Of a stretch of 64,000 nucleotides of DNA, positions 8,889 through 18,699 are shown in pieces. Under the pieces are notes generated by a model, which did no database searches, had not been told where the DNA came from, and saw only the letters and a list, made by a program, of their open reading frames with translations. Position numbers and translations under genes: made by a program. Where the stretch lies: the NCBI GenBank assembly GCA_965214935.1, contig CBDCCS010000011.1, positions 128,001 to 192,000 of the forward strand, read 5' to 3'. This stretch comes from Candidatus Velthaea sp. GTDB taxonomy: Bacteria; Vulcanimicrobiota; Vulcanimicrobiia; Vulcanimicrobiales; Vulcanimicrobiaceae. Positions within the stretch are counted from its first letter, which is position 1, and each line of letters opens with the position of its first letter.

Positions 8889-10000
8889 TGCGCGCGAACG
8901 TTCGGTGGCGAGCCGCCGCGGCGCTGTTCGCTGCAATCGGGCTAAGCGGTCCGGCCGCCGATGCGCAGGACGTCCACATCAAGGACATCGCGCACGTTCA
9001 AGGGGTGACGGCCAATCAGCTTGTCGGCTACGGGCTCGTCACCGGGCTTGGCGGAACGGGCGATTCGCTCACCTTCACGAGCAAAACGGTGCAGAACCTG
9101 TTGCAAAGCTTCGGCGTGTCGACGTTGACCAACGATGTAAAGACTAAGAACGTCGCAGCGGTCATCGTGACCGCGTCGCTGCCGCCGTTCGCGCATTCCG
9201 GTGACAATATCGATGTCACCGTGTCGTCGCTGGGCGACGCAACGAGCTTGCAAGGCGGCACGCTGATTTTAAGCGAGTTGCGCGGCGCAAACAACTTCGT
9301 TTACGCCACGGCGCAAGGCTCGGTCTCGGTAGGCGGCTTTTCGGCCGGTCAGGACGGCAGCAGCGTCACCAAGAATCACACGGCTGCGGGTCGCGTGCCG
9401 CAAGGCGGTATCATCGCGCGCGAAATGGCGACGAATATCGAGCAAGATCGCGCGGGTTTCTCATACGCCCTCACGACCCCCGACTACCGGACGGCGGCGC
9501 GCACGGCCGGCGTTCTCAATGCACGCTTCGGCGGCGGTACGGCTCGGGCACTCGATGCCGAAACCGTGCGGGTGAATTTGCCGCCCCGGTATGCCGGCGA
9601 TCCGGTGTCCTTTCTTGCCGATGCCGGTGAATTATCGCTCAACGCCGGCCAGACCGCGAAGGTCGTCATCAACGAGCGCACCGGCACGATCGTCTTCGGC
9701 GGCGACATCACGCTGGCACCGGTCGCCATCGCACACGGCAATTTAACGTTGACGATCACGCAAAGTAACGTCGTCGTTCCGCCTGGTGCCTTCACCAACG
9801 CGCAGCCGGCCACCCAAACAAACACCACGGTCAAAGCAACCGAGGGCGGCCGGAAGTTAATTTACATCAGCGGCGCGCCGTCGCTGGCCCAAGTGGTACG
9901 GGCGCTCAACACGATCGGCGTAACTCCGCGCGACCTCATCTCGATCGTGCAGGCATTGCGCGAATCGGGTTCTCTGCAAGCCGACTTGGATATAATGTGA
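8888..10000 (+). CDS. flgI: P-ring protein FlgI
   Basis: IKDIA.V.GV..NQLVGYGLVTGL.GTGD, KNVAAV.VTA.LPPF, VVINERTGTIV. Confidence 0.96.
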   Translation: MRANVRWRAAAALFAAIGLSGPAADAQDVHIKDIAHVQGVTANQLVGYGLVTGLGGTGDSLTFTSKTVQNLLQSFGVSTLTNDVKTKNVAAVIVTASLPPFAHSGDNIDVTVSSLGDATSLQGGTLILSELRGANNFVYATAQGSVSVGGFSAGQDGSSVTKNHTAAGRVPQGGIIAREMATNIEQDRAGFSYALTTPDYRTAARTAGVLNARFGGGTARALDAETVRVNLPPRYAGDPVSFLADAGELSLNAGQTAKVVINERTGTIVFGGDITLAPVAIAHGNLTLTITQSNVVVPPGAFTNAQPATQTNTTVKATEGGRKLIYISGAPSLAQVVRALNTIGVTPRDLISIVQALRESGSLQADLDIM

Positions 10001-10356
10001 TGCCGATTCATACGATCGACGGCGCACCGGCGGCGACCGCGACGGCGCTGACCAGCGACCAGCGGACGGCGCTCAAACACTTGCATGCCGCGGCGCAGCA
10101 ATTTGAATCGGTGTTCGTCAACATGCTTTTCAAATCAATGCGTTCGACGGCGCCGCTCACCTCGATCAGCGGCGGAAAGCCGTCGCCGGCCGAGACGACT
10201 TTTAGCGAGATGCTCGATCAGAAACGCTCCGATGCAATTGCCGAGACCGGTTCGTTCGGTATCGCAAAAATTCTCGAAGATCAGCTCAAAGCTTCGGTTC
10301 TGGCTCAACCCGCCCAGGCCGCCAAGGCGCGGATCGCGCCCGAGGGCGTGCTGTGA
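10000..10356 (+). CDS. flgJ: Rod-binding protein FlgJ (no muramidase domain)
   Basis: L..AAQQFESVF.NMLFKSMR and F..MLDQ..S..IA..G.FGIA. Confidence 0.85.
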   Translation: MPIHTIDGAPAATATALTSDQRTALKHLHAAAQQFESVFVNMLFKSMRSTAPLTSISGGKPSPAETTFSEMLDQKRSDAIAETGSFGIAKILEDQLKASVLAQPAQAAKARIAPEGVL

Positions 10357-10374
10357 ACGCTTGCTCGATCGCGC

Positions 10375-10402
10375 TAAATAAGCGCGCCGGGACGCCCGAA
10401 AC
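10375..10402 (+). promoter_or_regulatory. Putative sigma28 promoter upstream of flgM
   Basis: TAAA-N16-CCCGAAAC. Confidence 0.45.
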
Positions 10403-10443
10403 CAGTAATAGCACCGCGCGTGCTGGAAACGGAGTCGGGCGGT

Positions 10444-10722
10444 ATGATCATGAGTCGCGTGGAGATCGCGGCGGCGTCGCGAGCACTGCGCCATTCCCGC
10501 GGGCGTATTTCGTGCCTGACGTCGGCCGAGGCCGCGCCGAACGCCGCGGATGCCGATTTCATCTGCGGTTGTGCAGATCAGGTTCGGGCCCGGCCGGTTT
10601 ACCGGCTGCTCCTCGTCATGCGGTTGCAGCGCCGGATCGATGCCGGAACGTACGAGACGGCGGCGGACGAAATTGCCGAGCAGCTCTTGGGTCGCTTGAC
10701 GGCGGCCGCGCTGCCCGCGTAA
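10444..10722 (+). CDS. flgM: Anti-sigma28 factor FlgM-like
   Basis: C-terminal V.RL..RIDAGTYET.ADEIAEQLL; located before flgN-flgK. Confidence 0.7.
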   Translation: MIMSRVEIAAASRALRHSRGRISCLTSAEAAPNAADADFICGCADQVRARPVYRLLLVMRLQRRIDAGTYETAADEIAEQLLGRLTAAALPA

Positions 10723-10753
10723 CTCCGCTCGCATCGCGCAACGGTGATGCGCG

Positions 10754-11236
10754 ATGAGCGCCGGTTCGTGGCAAACCTTCGCCGACAGCTTGAGCGATGA
10801 AAACCGCGCGCTGGGCGAACTAGGCGCAGCAGCGCTGGCAATGACGACGGTGTTGGTGCTGGGAACCGCCGCCGACATCGAGCGTGCCGAGCGCGACGTC
10901 GAACTCAAGCGTGTCATCCACGCACAAGCGCACTTGCGCCGCACGCTGATGATGCAGCGCGGCTTCGGCGATCTAACGCTGCAGCAGGTTTGCAGCTATG
11001 CACCGCGTCCGCTGCGGCGTTCGGTTTATACCGCGTTACGCGAACTGCGCACACGCGGCATCGCTTTACGCATCACGGTCGGTAACAATAAGGCACTCAT
11101 CAATGCGGGACTCAAGCGAATCACCAACACGATTGCCGTCATGCAGAAGAACGTACCCGGACAAGTCGGGACGTATCGCCGGCGCGGTACCGTAACGCCT
11201 TCGAACGGAAGCTTGATCGTGAGCCGCAAAGCATGA
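10754..11236 (+). CDS. flgN: FlgN-like export chaperone
   Basis: Helical 160 aa protein with L...N..LI and GTY...G C-terminus; lies between flgM and flgK. Confidence 0.65.
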   Translation: MSAGSWQTFADSLSDENRALGELGAAALAMTTVLVLGTAADIERAERDVELKRVIHAQAHLRRTLMMQRGFGDLTLQQVCSYAPRPLRRSVYTALRELRTRGIALRITVGNNKALINAGLKRITNTIAVMQKNVPGQVGTYRRRGTVTPSNGSLIVSRKA

Positions 11237-13392
11237 GCTTTTTCACTTTCAACATCATCGGAAATGCCGTTGATGCCTATCAGCAAGCAACGAACGTTAC
11301 CTCGGACAATATCGCTAACGTAGCGACGCCCGGCGCGTCGCGCCAATCCGCGACGATCAGCGAAGCAATTCCGATATCCGGCTCGCCGTACTATAGTTCG
11401 CACGTCGGGGGGCCGGGCACGCGCGGCGAAGGCGCCGTCGTCAATGAGATCGAGCGTATCCATCAAGACAGCTACGATACGCTGTTTCGCGGTGCGTCGT
11501 CATCGCAGTACTATTACACGACGGAAGGGCAGCAACTCGGGTCGTTGCAGAGCGCGTTCGGCGAGCCGAACAACGGCGTCAATTCGGCCTACGCCGCCTT
11601 ACAAACGGCAATCTCGAACGTCGCGACCGCTCCCACATCCGTTGCGGTTCGCCAGACGGTGCTCGCACAAGCGCAGACCTTCGTAACGACGCTAAATTCC
11701 GCAAGTGCCGCAATCGCGCTGCAAAAGAGCACGATATTGCAGCAGGCAGCCGGCACGGTTACCAAAGTCAACGGCTTGCTCGACACGATCGCTTCGTTGA
11801 ACGGCCAGATTCGCGCGCTGCGAGCCACCGGCGACAATCCGAACACGTACCTCGATCAGCGCGACTACGCCATCGATCAGCTTTCAGGATTGATATCGAC
11901 GACGACGTCGCTGCAAGCCAACGGATCGTCGCTCGTGAGTGTCAACGGCTCGCCGCTCGTCAACGACACGATTGCCTACCATCTCGCGCCGCCCGTGATC
12001 GGTACCGCCGGCGATGGTACGCGGCCGTTCGTGGTCGGGATGGCGGACGATCTCGATCCGAACAATCCGGCTCCCGTCGCGCTCGGCAGCGGGCAACTTG
12101 GGGCGTTTGCCGATGTTTACAATAACAAACTCGCACCGTACGGGCAGCAGCTCGATAATTTTGCGAGTTCCGCTGCGTCGGAGATCAACCGGATCACCCA
12201 AGCCGCCGTCGACCTGAACGGCGACGGCGGTACGCAACTCTTCGCCGGGCCGCCCGGCGGGCAAGCCGTCACCGCAGCGAACATCTCGGTTGCAATCGAC
12301 GATCCGACGGCGATCCCCGTCGGGCTCGTGTCGACTGCCGCGGGTAACCTTACCCAGCCCCTCAATTCGGCCAATAACACGATCTCGACGTCGGATGCCA
12401 TTGATGGCGATGCCGAACTTCTCAACCCGCCGGCGACGGCCCTGAGCGGAACGCTGAGCGTCGGGGTCGACGGCGTGAGCCAGACCTTTACGTATTCTAC
12501 GGCCCCGGGCGGCAACGCCGGCACGGTCGGCGACTTCATGACGAGCTTCAATGCAAAGCATCTCGGCGTGACGGTCAGTTTCGATACTTCGACGCAGCGT
12601 ATTGCCTTCACGCGCGATCCGAACAACATCGATGTCATTCATCGCGGCGTGCAAGGACAGAACGCACCGACGCCGAGTTTTACGATCACCGATTCGCTGG
12701 GACCGGCCGGTACGACGCCGCCGGCTGCGGCAAGCCCGCAAGGAACGCCGGCAACCGGCTTACTGCAAGCGCTGGGCGCCACCAACATCAACGGCATCGC
12801 GCAAACGCCGGCGAATGCGTTCGGCAGTTCGGACAACGGCGCGGCTAATGCGCTCTTGAAACTGTTCGGACAGAACGTTGGTGTCGGCGCTTTACAGACG
12901 TCGGCAGCCGCCGTCTCGACCGCCGGACCCGGTCCGGTCACGATCACGCAACCGGCGGGAGTGCCGGGCGCATTCGCGTCATTGGGCGTCGGTCAAGTGG
13001 TGACGGTGCTCAATGCGGCCACCGGAACGCAGCAAAACGTACCGATTACGGCAATCGATCGAACCACCGGAACGATCACCGTCGATGCGTCCGCGCCGAT
13101 CGCCGTCAACGATCCGATCTCGACGGTTCAAGCGCAGACCCTCGGTGCAGCCTATCAGGGTCTGGTCACGCAGATGGGCCTTGACATGAGTACGGCTAAG
13201 GTCGGCACGAGCACGCAAGGGGCGCTGGCGGCAAACATCGAGCAAGCCCGGCAAAGCGTCGACGGCATCAACGTCGATGAAGAGACGCAAAATTTAATTA
13301 AATTTCAGAGCGCCTACACGGCGGCCGCGAAAACGTTGAGTACGCTCAACACGATGATGCAAACGACGCTGGGTCTCATTACCGGCGGCTAG
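11233..13392 (+). CDS. flgK: Hook-associated protein FlgK
   Basis: SDNIANVATPG.SRQ, N.YLDQRD..IDQLS, GINVDEET.NLIKFQ.AY.AAAK. Confidence 0.95.
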   Translation: MSFFTFNIIGNAVDAYQQATNVTSDNIANVATPGASRQSATISEAIPISGSPYYSSHVGGPGTRGEGAVVNEIERIHQDSYDTLFRGASSSQYYYTTEGQQLGSLQSAFGEPNNGVNSAYAALQTAISNVATAPTSVAVRQTVLAQAQTFVTTLNSASAAIALQKSTILQQAAGTVTKVNGLLDTIASLNGQIRALRATGDNPNTYLDQRDYAIDQLSGLISTTTSLQANGSSLVSVNGSPLVNDTIAYHLAPPVIGTAGDGTRPFVVGMADDLDPNNPAPVALGSGQLGAFADVYNNKLAPYGQQLDNFASSAASEINRITQAAVDLNGDGGTQLFAGPPGGQAVTAANISVAIDDPTAIPVGLVSTAAGNLTQPLNSANNTISTSDAIDGDAELLNPPATALSGTLSVGVDGVSQTFTYSTAPGGNAGTVGDFMTSFNAKHLGVTVSFDTSTQRIAFTRDPNNIDVIHRGVQGQNAPTPSFTITDSLGPAGTTPPAAASPQGTPATGLLQALGATNINGIAQTPANAFGSSDNGAANALLKLFGQNVGVGALQTSAAAVSTAGPGPVTITQPAGVPGAFASLGVGQVVTVLNAATGTQQNVPITAIDRTTGTITVDASAPIAVNDPISTVQAQTLGAAYQGLVTQMGLDMSTAKVGTSTQGALAANIEQARQSVDGINVDEETQNLIKFQSAYTAAAKTLSTLNTMMQTTLGLITGG

Positions 13393-13412
13393 CCTCGAAA
13401 CGAAAGACGACA

Positions 13413-14771
13413 ATGCGAATCGCTACTTCGACGCTCTACACGCAGCAGGCCGGCGCCATCGACAATTTGCAAGCGCAGTATCAAACCCAAGCGCTCAACT
13501 TATCGACGGGCAAAACGCTCGATGCGCCGTCCGACGATCCGACGCAGATCGGGCTGGATCTCAACATACACACCGCAATCGCGGTCGACAATCAGCAAGC
13601 CGTCAACATTCAAGCAGCGACGGGACAACTGACGTCGACCGATAACGCGTTGGCAAATCTGACGTCGGTGCTGCAAAGCGCGCGCGAGTTGGCAACGCGC
13701 GGCGCGAGCGACGGACTCTCGGCCGACGACAGAAAGAATGTCGCCGACCAAGTCGATCAGCAGTTGCAGCAAGTCCTGGGCGTCGCCAATACACAGTATG
13801 GCGGAACGTACGTCTTCGCCGGCAGCGGTCAATCGGCAACGGCGCCGGTCACGACGTCCGGTTCGCCCGTTTCGACGATTCACTTCAGCGGCAACGAGCA
13901 GCCGCAGACGCCGATGCTCTTGAGCGGACAAAACTTTGCGCTGTCGCCGACGCTGCAACAAGCGTTCAACTATAATGCAACCGACGGTTCGCCCTCGGTA
14001 TTCGGCGTCCTAACGACATTGCGTGACACGCTTGCCAAGGGTCTGGTGACGGATCAAAGCGCACAACCCGTCAATCATCCCGGTCAAGTCATCTACGGCA
14101 GCGCTTCTCCGGTCGCTTTACAAACGACGCTGGGCGCGACCCCATCGCCGTTTGCGATCGTGCCGGCGCCCGACAGCACCGGTCATTACACGATCTCGAT
14201 CAATAACGCGGACGCGAACGGCAAGCAGCACGTCAATGTCTATTCATTCTCGGCGACGACGCCGATCGATGGGACCGCAGGTACGAGTATCACGGAACTC
14301 ATCAATGCAAATAATACCGGAACGAATGCAACGGGTTTAACCGCGACATTTGACGCTCAAACGCAGCGGCTGGTCCTCACGAGTGCCGGCGGGGGCGCGT
14401 TCAGCGTTACCAATGAAGCCTCGCCGGGTGCGACCGGGCCGGCCGACACATCGAACTTCCTTCTCGCACTCGGACTTAGCGGTAATGCCACCTTACCGCA
14501 AACGGTTTCGACGCAATTAGGTGATATCGATCATGTTTTGGACGTCGCACTCAACGCTCGGGCACTCGTCGGTTCGCGGATCAACGCACTCGCGCAGGTC
14601 AATACACAAGTGACCAACAGCGTCGCCGACGGAACGGCGGTAACCAGCGGCATCGAAGATACGGACGTTGCCAAAGCAACGACGCAACTGACCGCGACCC
14701 AAGTCGCACTAACGGCATCGTACAGCGTTACGTCACGGCTTGAATCCAAGGATCTCTTCGATTACCTCTAA
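13413..14771 (+). CDS. flgL: Hook-associated protein FlgL
   Basis: MRIAT, LSTGK...PSDDP, ANTQYGG.YVFAG, IEDTDVA, LFDYL. Confidence 0.95.
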   Translation: MRIATSTLYTQQAGAIDNLQAQYQTQALNLSTGKTLDAPSDDPTQIGLDLNIHTAIAVDNQQAVNIQAATGQLTSTDNALANLTSVLQSARELATRGASDGLSADDRKNVADQVDQQLQQVLGVANTQYGGTYVFAGSGQSATAPVTTSGSPVSTIHFSGNEQPQTPMLLSGQNFALSPTLQQAFNYNATDGSPSVFGVLTTLRDTLAKGLVTDQSAQPVNHPGQVIYGSASPVALQTTLGATPSPFAIVPAPDSTGHYTISINNADANGKQHVNVYSFSATTPIDGTAGTSITELINANNTGTNATGLTATFDAQTQRLVLTSAGGGAFSVTNEASPGATGPADTSNFLLALGLSGNATLPQTVSTQLGDIDHVLDVALNARALVGSRINALAQVNTQVTNSVADGTAVTSGIEDTDVAKATTQLTATQVALTASYSVTSRLESKDLFDYL

Positions 14772-14835
14772 CGCCTGCTCGACGTCGCGCAGCGCGGCAT
14801 CGATGGCGCTCCACACCGAATAAAGGGGACTTTTC

Positions 14836-15330
14836 ATGGAAACGTTAGTCGAAGTAGCGGCGCAATTACCGCCGCAGAAAACCGTCACGATCGAGCTGCC
14901 GCGCTTCGGTGAATGCACCTATGCCGACGGTGAAGTCATACGTTTCCCGTGGGGTTTACCGGGATTCCCGAGTTTCCGCAATTTTCTCATCCTCGCCATG
15001 TCTGCCGACGACGGCTATCTTTGGTTGCAGAGCCTCGACGATCTCGAGGTCGCGATCCCGCTATGCGATCCATGGTCGATCTTTGATGACTACGAGGCGC
15101 CCTTGCCTTTATACGCAATGCAATCGCTCGATATCGTTACGCCGGAAAGTTTCTGCGTGCTTTGCGTTTTAGTCGCCGCGCCCGGTTCCGGATCGACGAC
15201 GATAAATTTACTCGCCCCGATCATTATCAATCTCGAATCGCGTGTCGGACGTCAGATAACGTTGGAGAATCAACGCTATAGCGTTCGGACGCCGATATCG
15301 CGCTCGCACGGAACGAACGGCGCGTCATAA
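14836..15330 (+). CDS. fliW: Flagellar assembly factor FliW
   Basis: [39 protein letters not shown]. Confidence 0.93.
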   Translation: METLVEVAAQLPPQKTVTIELPRFGECTYADGEVIRFPWGLPGFPSFRNFLILAMSADDGYLWLQSLDDLEVAIPLCDPWSIFDDYEAPLPLYAMQSLDIVTPESFCVLCVLVAAPGSGSTTINLLAPIIINLESRVGRQITLENQRYSVRTPISRSHGTNGAS

Positions 15331-15421
15331 TAAAGAGGGCGGCGCGAGGTATCTGAGCGAACGACGGCAGCACGTGCTTCCCCGGTTTAACAGCCGGGTC
15401 TGCCATGGAGGGTGCCGCGTA

Positions 15422-15694
15422 ATGCTCGTGTTGTCACGGAAACTCAATCAAGCGATCATGGTCGGTGACAATATCCGCATCGTCGTTGTATCCGTCGATC
15501 GCGATCAAGTAAAATTAGGCATCGACGCACCGCGCGAAATCCCCGTTCACCGATCGGAAGTGTTCGAGGAAATTCAGCGCACGAATCGCGAAGCGGCCGG
15601 CATTGCCGAGCCGCCGCCGAATGTCGAACCTGCGGCAGCCGGCGTCGCGCCGGCGATCTTAAGCGCTCGCAAACGAACTCGTCGTAGGGACTAA
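15422..15694 (+). CDS. csrA: Carbon storage regulator CsrA
   Basis: [22 protein letters not shown]...[23 protein letters not shown] at 15422. Confidence 0.97.
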   Translation: MLVLSRKLNQAIMVGDNIRIVVVSVDRDQVKLGIDAPREIPVHRSEVFEEIQRTNREAAGIAEPPPNVEPAAAGVAPAILSARKRTRRRD

Positions 15695-15719
15695 TTTAGC
15701 GACTCCGTGCAACCGATAC
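15692..15719 (+). promoter_or_regulatory. sigma28 promoter of flagellin 1
   Basis: TAAT-N16-ACCGATAC, overlapping the csrA stop codon. Confidence 0.7.
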
Positions 15720-15725
15720 CAGATA

Positions 15726-15791
15726 TAGGAGCCAAGACGGTTCCATATCCGGTTACGCATCAGCGTAATCGTTCACGGAGGAACGACCGCA
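15726..15791 (+). promoter_or_regulatory. Structured flagellin-1 5'UTR with putative CsrA sites
   Basis: AGGAG at the 5' end, hairpin GGTTACGC-ATCA-GCGTAATC, and CGTTC-ACGGAG-GAACG placing GGA/SD in a hairpin loop. Confidence 0.65.
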
Positions 15792-17099
15792 ATGTCAATT
15801 AGTCTTGCCAATAATCTCTTAGCCAATCAGGTAGCGCTTAACCTCAATAAGAATCAATCGTCGCTACAAGGCTCGGTCAGCAAACTCTCGAGTGGTTTGC
15901 GCATCAATACTGCAGCGGATGATCCGTCAGGCTTAGCCATTGCGGAAAAACTGCAGTCCCAGGTCAACGGCTTCGACCAAGCCATTGCCAACATTCAAGA
16001 CGCAACGAATGCGACGACCGTTGCCGACGGTGCACTTCAGACGACCACGGACATTTTGCAGCGCATTCGCAACTTGGCCGTCGAAGCAAGCTCCGATACC
16101 AACACGCAATCGGATAAAGCGAACCTTCAAACGGAAGTAACGCAACTTCTGCAAGAAGTCAACACGATCTCGCAAAACACGAATTTCAACGGCTCGGCGC
16201 TTTTGGACGGCAGTCATTCCGGTTATCAATCGGCGGTAGGCGCGTTCACGACCATTACCGCCAACGGCGCTCTTGCGGCGGCATCGAATGCAACCAATCT
16301 CGGTACCGGCGTAAATAGCGGTCTATTGGCGGCCTCGGTGATCGGAGTCGGCGCAAACACGTCGACGGCGACAAGCGGGTTTTACTCGGTGGCGACGTCG
16401 GCCGCCGGCTTGGCCAGTGTGGGCGGTTCGGGCGGTTCCATCGACGGTACGATTCAGCTCGTCGTGATCAATACCGGAACGTCGATAGCCGTTCAAGAGA
16501 CGTTCGTATCGTCGAACTATGCCGTCTTCGGCGCGTCGATTGCAACCGAATTGCTGGCCAACGGTCAGACCAGTACGCTATTCGACAACGTTGCCGTCAC
16601 GCTGGGCAACTTCACGACGGCCGACGTCGGTGTTACGTCGTACATCAAGGTTTCACAGAACGTTGCGGCCGTGACGAATCCGACGACGGCAGCCTTTAGC
16701 TTCCAATCCGGCGCAGCCGAAGGCTCGACGATCACCTTCGGGATTCAATCGACCAACAGCGCATCGCTGCGCATCTCCAACATCAATTTACTCGTCACGA
16801 CGAGTACCGGAAGTTCGATCGGCGCCGAAGATGCAATCGGTCAGATCGATAACGCTCTGGTAAGCTTACTTACCGAACGCGCAAATCTGGGCGCGGTAAC
16901 GGTACGTCTGCAAGAGAACTCGACCAACGATAGCGTCGCTGCTACGAATCTGCAGGCGTCGGAGTCGAATATTCGCGATCTCAACGTCAGCGCGGAGACC
17001 ACGAAGTATACGGCCGATCAGATTCTCATCTCCGTCGGTACGTCGGTCTTGCTGCAGTCGAATAACAACGCGCAATCAGTCGAAAAACTCTTCCAGTAA
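15792..17099 (+). CDS. fliC: Flagellin 1
   Basis: KLSSGLRINTAADDPSGLAIA, LQRIR.LAV, NTNFNG..LLDG, RANLGA, SESNIRD. Confidence 0.97.
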   Translation: MSISLANNLLANQVALNLNKNQSSLQGSVSKLSSGLRINTAADDPSGLAIAEKLQSQVNGFDQAIANIQDATNATTVADGALQTTTDILQRIRNLAVEASSDTNTQSDKANLQTEVTQLLQEVNTISQNTNFNGSALLDGSHSGYQSAVGAFTTITANGALAAASNATNLGTGVNSGLLAASVIGVGANTSTATSGFYSVATSAAGLASVGGSGGSIDGTIQLVVINTGTSIAVQETFVSSNYAVFGASIATELLANGQTSTLFDNVAVTLGNFTTADVGVTSYIKVSQNVAAVTNPTTAAFSFQSGAAEGSTITFGIQSTNSASLRISNINLLVTTSTGSSIGAEDAIGQIDNALVSLLTERANLGAVTVRLQENSTNDSVAATNLQASESNIRDLNVSAETTKYTADQILISVGTSVLLQSNNNAQSVEKLFQ

Positions 17100-17116
17100 T
17101 CTCGGTCGGCTAAAAC

Positions 17117-17144
17117 AAAAAACCCGCTTCGGCGGGTTTTTTTT
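17117..17144 (+). terminator. Intrinsic (bidirectional-type) terminator
   Basis: AAAAAACCCGC-TTCG-GCGGG-T8. Confidence 0.9.
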
Positions 17145-17210
17145 CTATGCCGTGGTATGCGGTGCGGCGCTGCGTTCGAACGATAGGTATTAAATCGGTC
17201 TTGGAATCGT

Positions 17211-17237
17211 TAAGGAACGGCGCACGTCGGTCGATAC
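17211..17237 (+). promoter_or_regulatory. sigma28 promoter of flagellin 2
   Basis: TAAG-N15-GTCGATAC. Confidence 0.7.
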
Positions 17238-17244
17238 AAAGCTG

Positions 17245-17309
17245 TAGGAGCCATGATGGCCCTTAGCCAGGTTGTCGATTGAGACAACCGTTCACGGAGG
17301 AGTTTCCCA
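17245..17309 (+). promoter_or_regulatory. Structured flagellin-2 5'UTR with putative CsrA sites
   Basis: TAGGAGCCA, hairpin GGTTGTC-GATTGA-GACAACC, then GTTCACGGAGG. Confidence 0.65.
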
Positions 17310-18623
17310 ATGTCCATCAGTCTTGCCAATAATCTGTTGGCCAATCAGGTTGCGCTCAACCTTAATAAAAATCAGTCCGCGCTGCAAGGCTCGGTCAGCA
17401 AACTCTCGAGCGGTCTGCGCATCAACACCGCAGCGGACGATCCGTCAGGTCTTGCGATTGCCGAGAAGTTACAGTCACAGGTCAACGGCTTTGACCAGGC
17501 CATTGCCAACATTCAAGATGCGACGAATGCAACGACCGTCGCCGACGGCGCATTGCAGACGACCACCGACATTCTGCAGCGCATTCGCAGTCTGGCAGTT
17601 GAAGCCAGCTCCGATACGAACACCCAGTCCGACAAAACGAATCTGCAGACGGAAGTCACGCAGCTGCTTCAAGAAGTCAATACGATTTCGCAGAACACCA
17701 ATTTCAACGGGTCGGCACTTCTTGACGGCAGCCACGCCGGTTTTCAATCGGCCGTTGCCGCATCGACGACCGTTACCACTAACGGCGCGCTTGCCGCAGC
17801 GTCGTCCGCCTCGCAGTCGACCCTCGGCGTCGGCGTCAACAGCGGCTTACTTGCCGCGTCGGTGATCGGCGTCGGCTCGAATACGTCGGGCGCAACGAGC
17901 GGATTCTACGCGGTCGCAACCGCCTCGTCCGGCTATGCCAGCGGTTCGGCGACCGGTGGTTCCGTGGACGGCACGATCCAGTTGACGGTTATCAACACGG
18001 GCACGTCGATCGCCGTTCAAGAAACATTCGTCTCATCGAATAACGGCGTCTTCGGCTCCTCGGTTGCCACGCAACTTTTATCGAACGGAGAATCGAGCTC
18101 GATTTTCGATAACGTTGCGATCACGCTGGGCAACTTCACGACTGCCGACGTCGGCGTTACCTCGTATATCAAAGTTTCACAAAACGTCGCTGCGGTTACC
18201 AATCCGACGACGTCGGCTTTCAGCTTCCAAGCCGGCGCTTCGGAAGGTTCGACGATCGTTTTCGGTATCCAAGCGACAAATAGCGCATCGCTGCGCATAT
18301 CAAACATCAACTTGCTCGTCACGACATCGACCGGCAGTTCGATCGGCGCCGAAGACGCGATCGGCCAGATCGACAACGCGCTATCGAGCTTGTTGACCGA
18401 ACGGGCAAATTTGGGTGCCGTCACCGTCCGGCTGCAAGAAAACTCGACGAACGACAGCGTCGCGGCGACGAACTTGCAGGCTTCGGAATCGAACATCCGC
18501 GACCTCAACGTCAGTGCCGAAACGACGAAATACACCGCCGATCAGATTCTCATATCGGTGGGTACGTCGGTCTTGCTGCAATCCAATAACAACGCGCAAT
18601 CGGTCGAACGGCTCTTCCAGTAA
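17310..18623 (+). CDS. fliC: Flagellin 2 (tandem paralog)
   Basis: Near-identical termini to flagellin 1 with a diverged central domain. Confidence 0.97.
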   Translation: MSISLANNLLANQVALNLNKNQSALQGSVSKLSSGLRINTAADDPSGLAIAEKLQSQVNGFDQAIANIQDATNATTVADGALQTTTDILQRIRSLAVEASSDTNTQSDKTNLQTEVTQLLQEVNTISQNTNFNGSALLDGSHAGFQSAVAASTTVTTNGALAAASSASQSTLGVGVNSGLLAASVIGVGSNTSGATSGFYAVATASSGYASGSATGGSVDGTIQLTVINTGTSIAVQETFVSSNNGVFGSSVATQLLSNGESSSIFDNVAITLGNFTTADVGVTSYIKVSQNVAAVTNPTTSAFSFQAGASEGSTIVFGIQATNSASLRISNINLLVTTSTGSSIGAEDAIGQIDNALSSLLTERANLGAVTVRLQENSTNDSVAATNLQASESNIRDLNVSAETTKYTADQILISVGTSVLLQSNNNAQSVERLFQ

Positions 18624-18642
18624 GCGCTGGTTAAGTAAAGAG

Positions 18643-18669
18643 AAGGCTCGCTCCGGCGGGCCTTTTTTT
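18643..18669 (+). terminator. Intrinsic terminator
   Basis: AAGGCTCGC-TCCG-GCGGGCC-T7. Confidence 0.85.
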
Positions 18670-18699
18670 GTGGTCCGGGTTCGCCGACATTAAGGTGGT

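Noticed and set aside
10000..10356. FlgJ pseudogene lacking the muramidase
   Set aside because: Single-domain FlgJ is common outside beta/gamma-proteobacteria.
15792..18623. Flagellar phase variation by inversion or gene conversion
   Set aside because: No recombinase or flanking inverted repeats were seen. Both genes have promoters and many synonymous differences.
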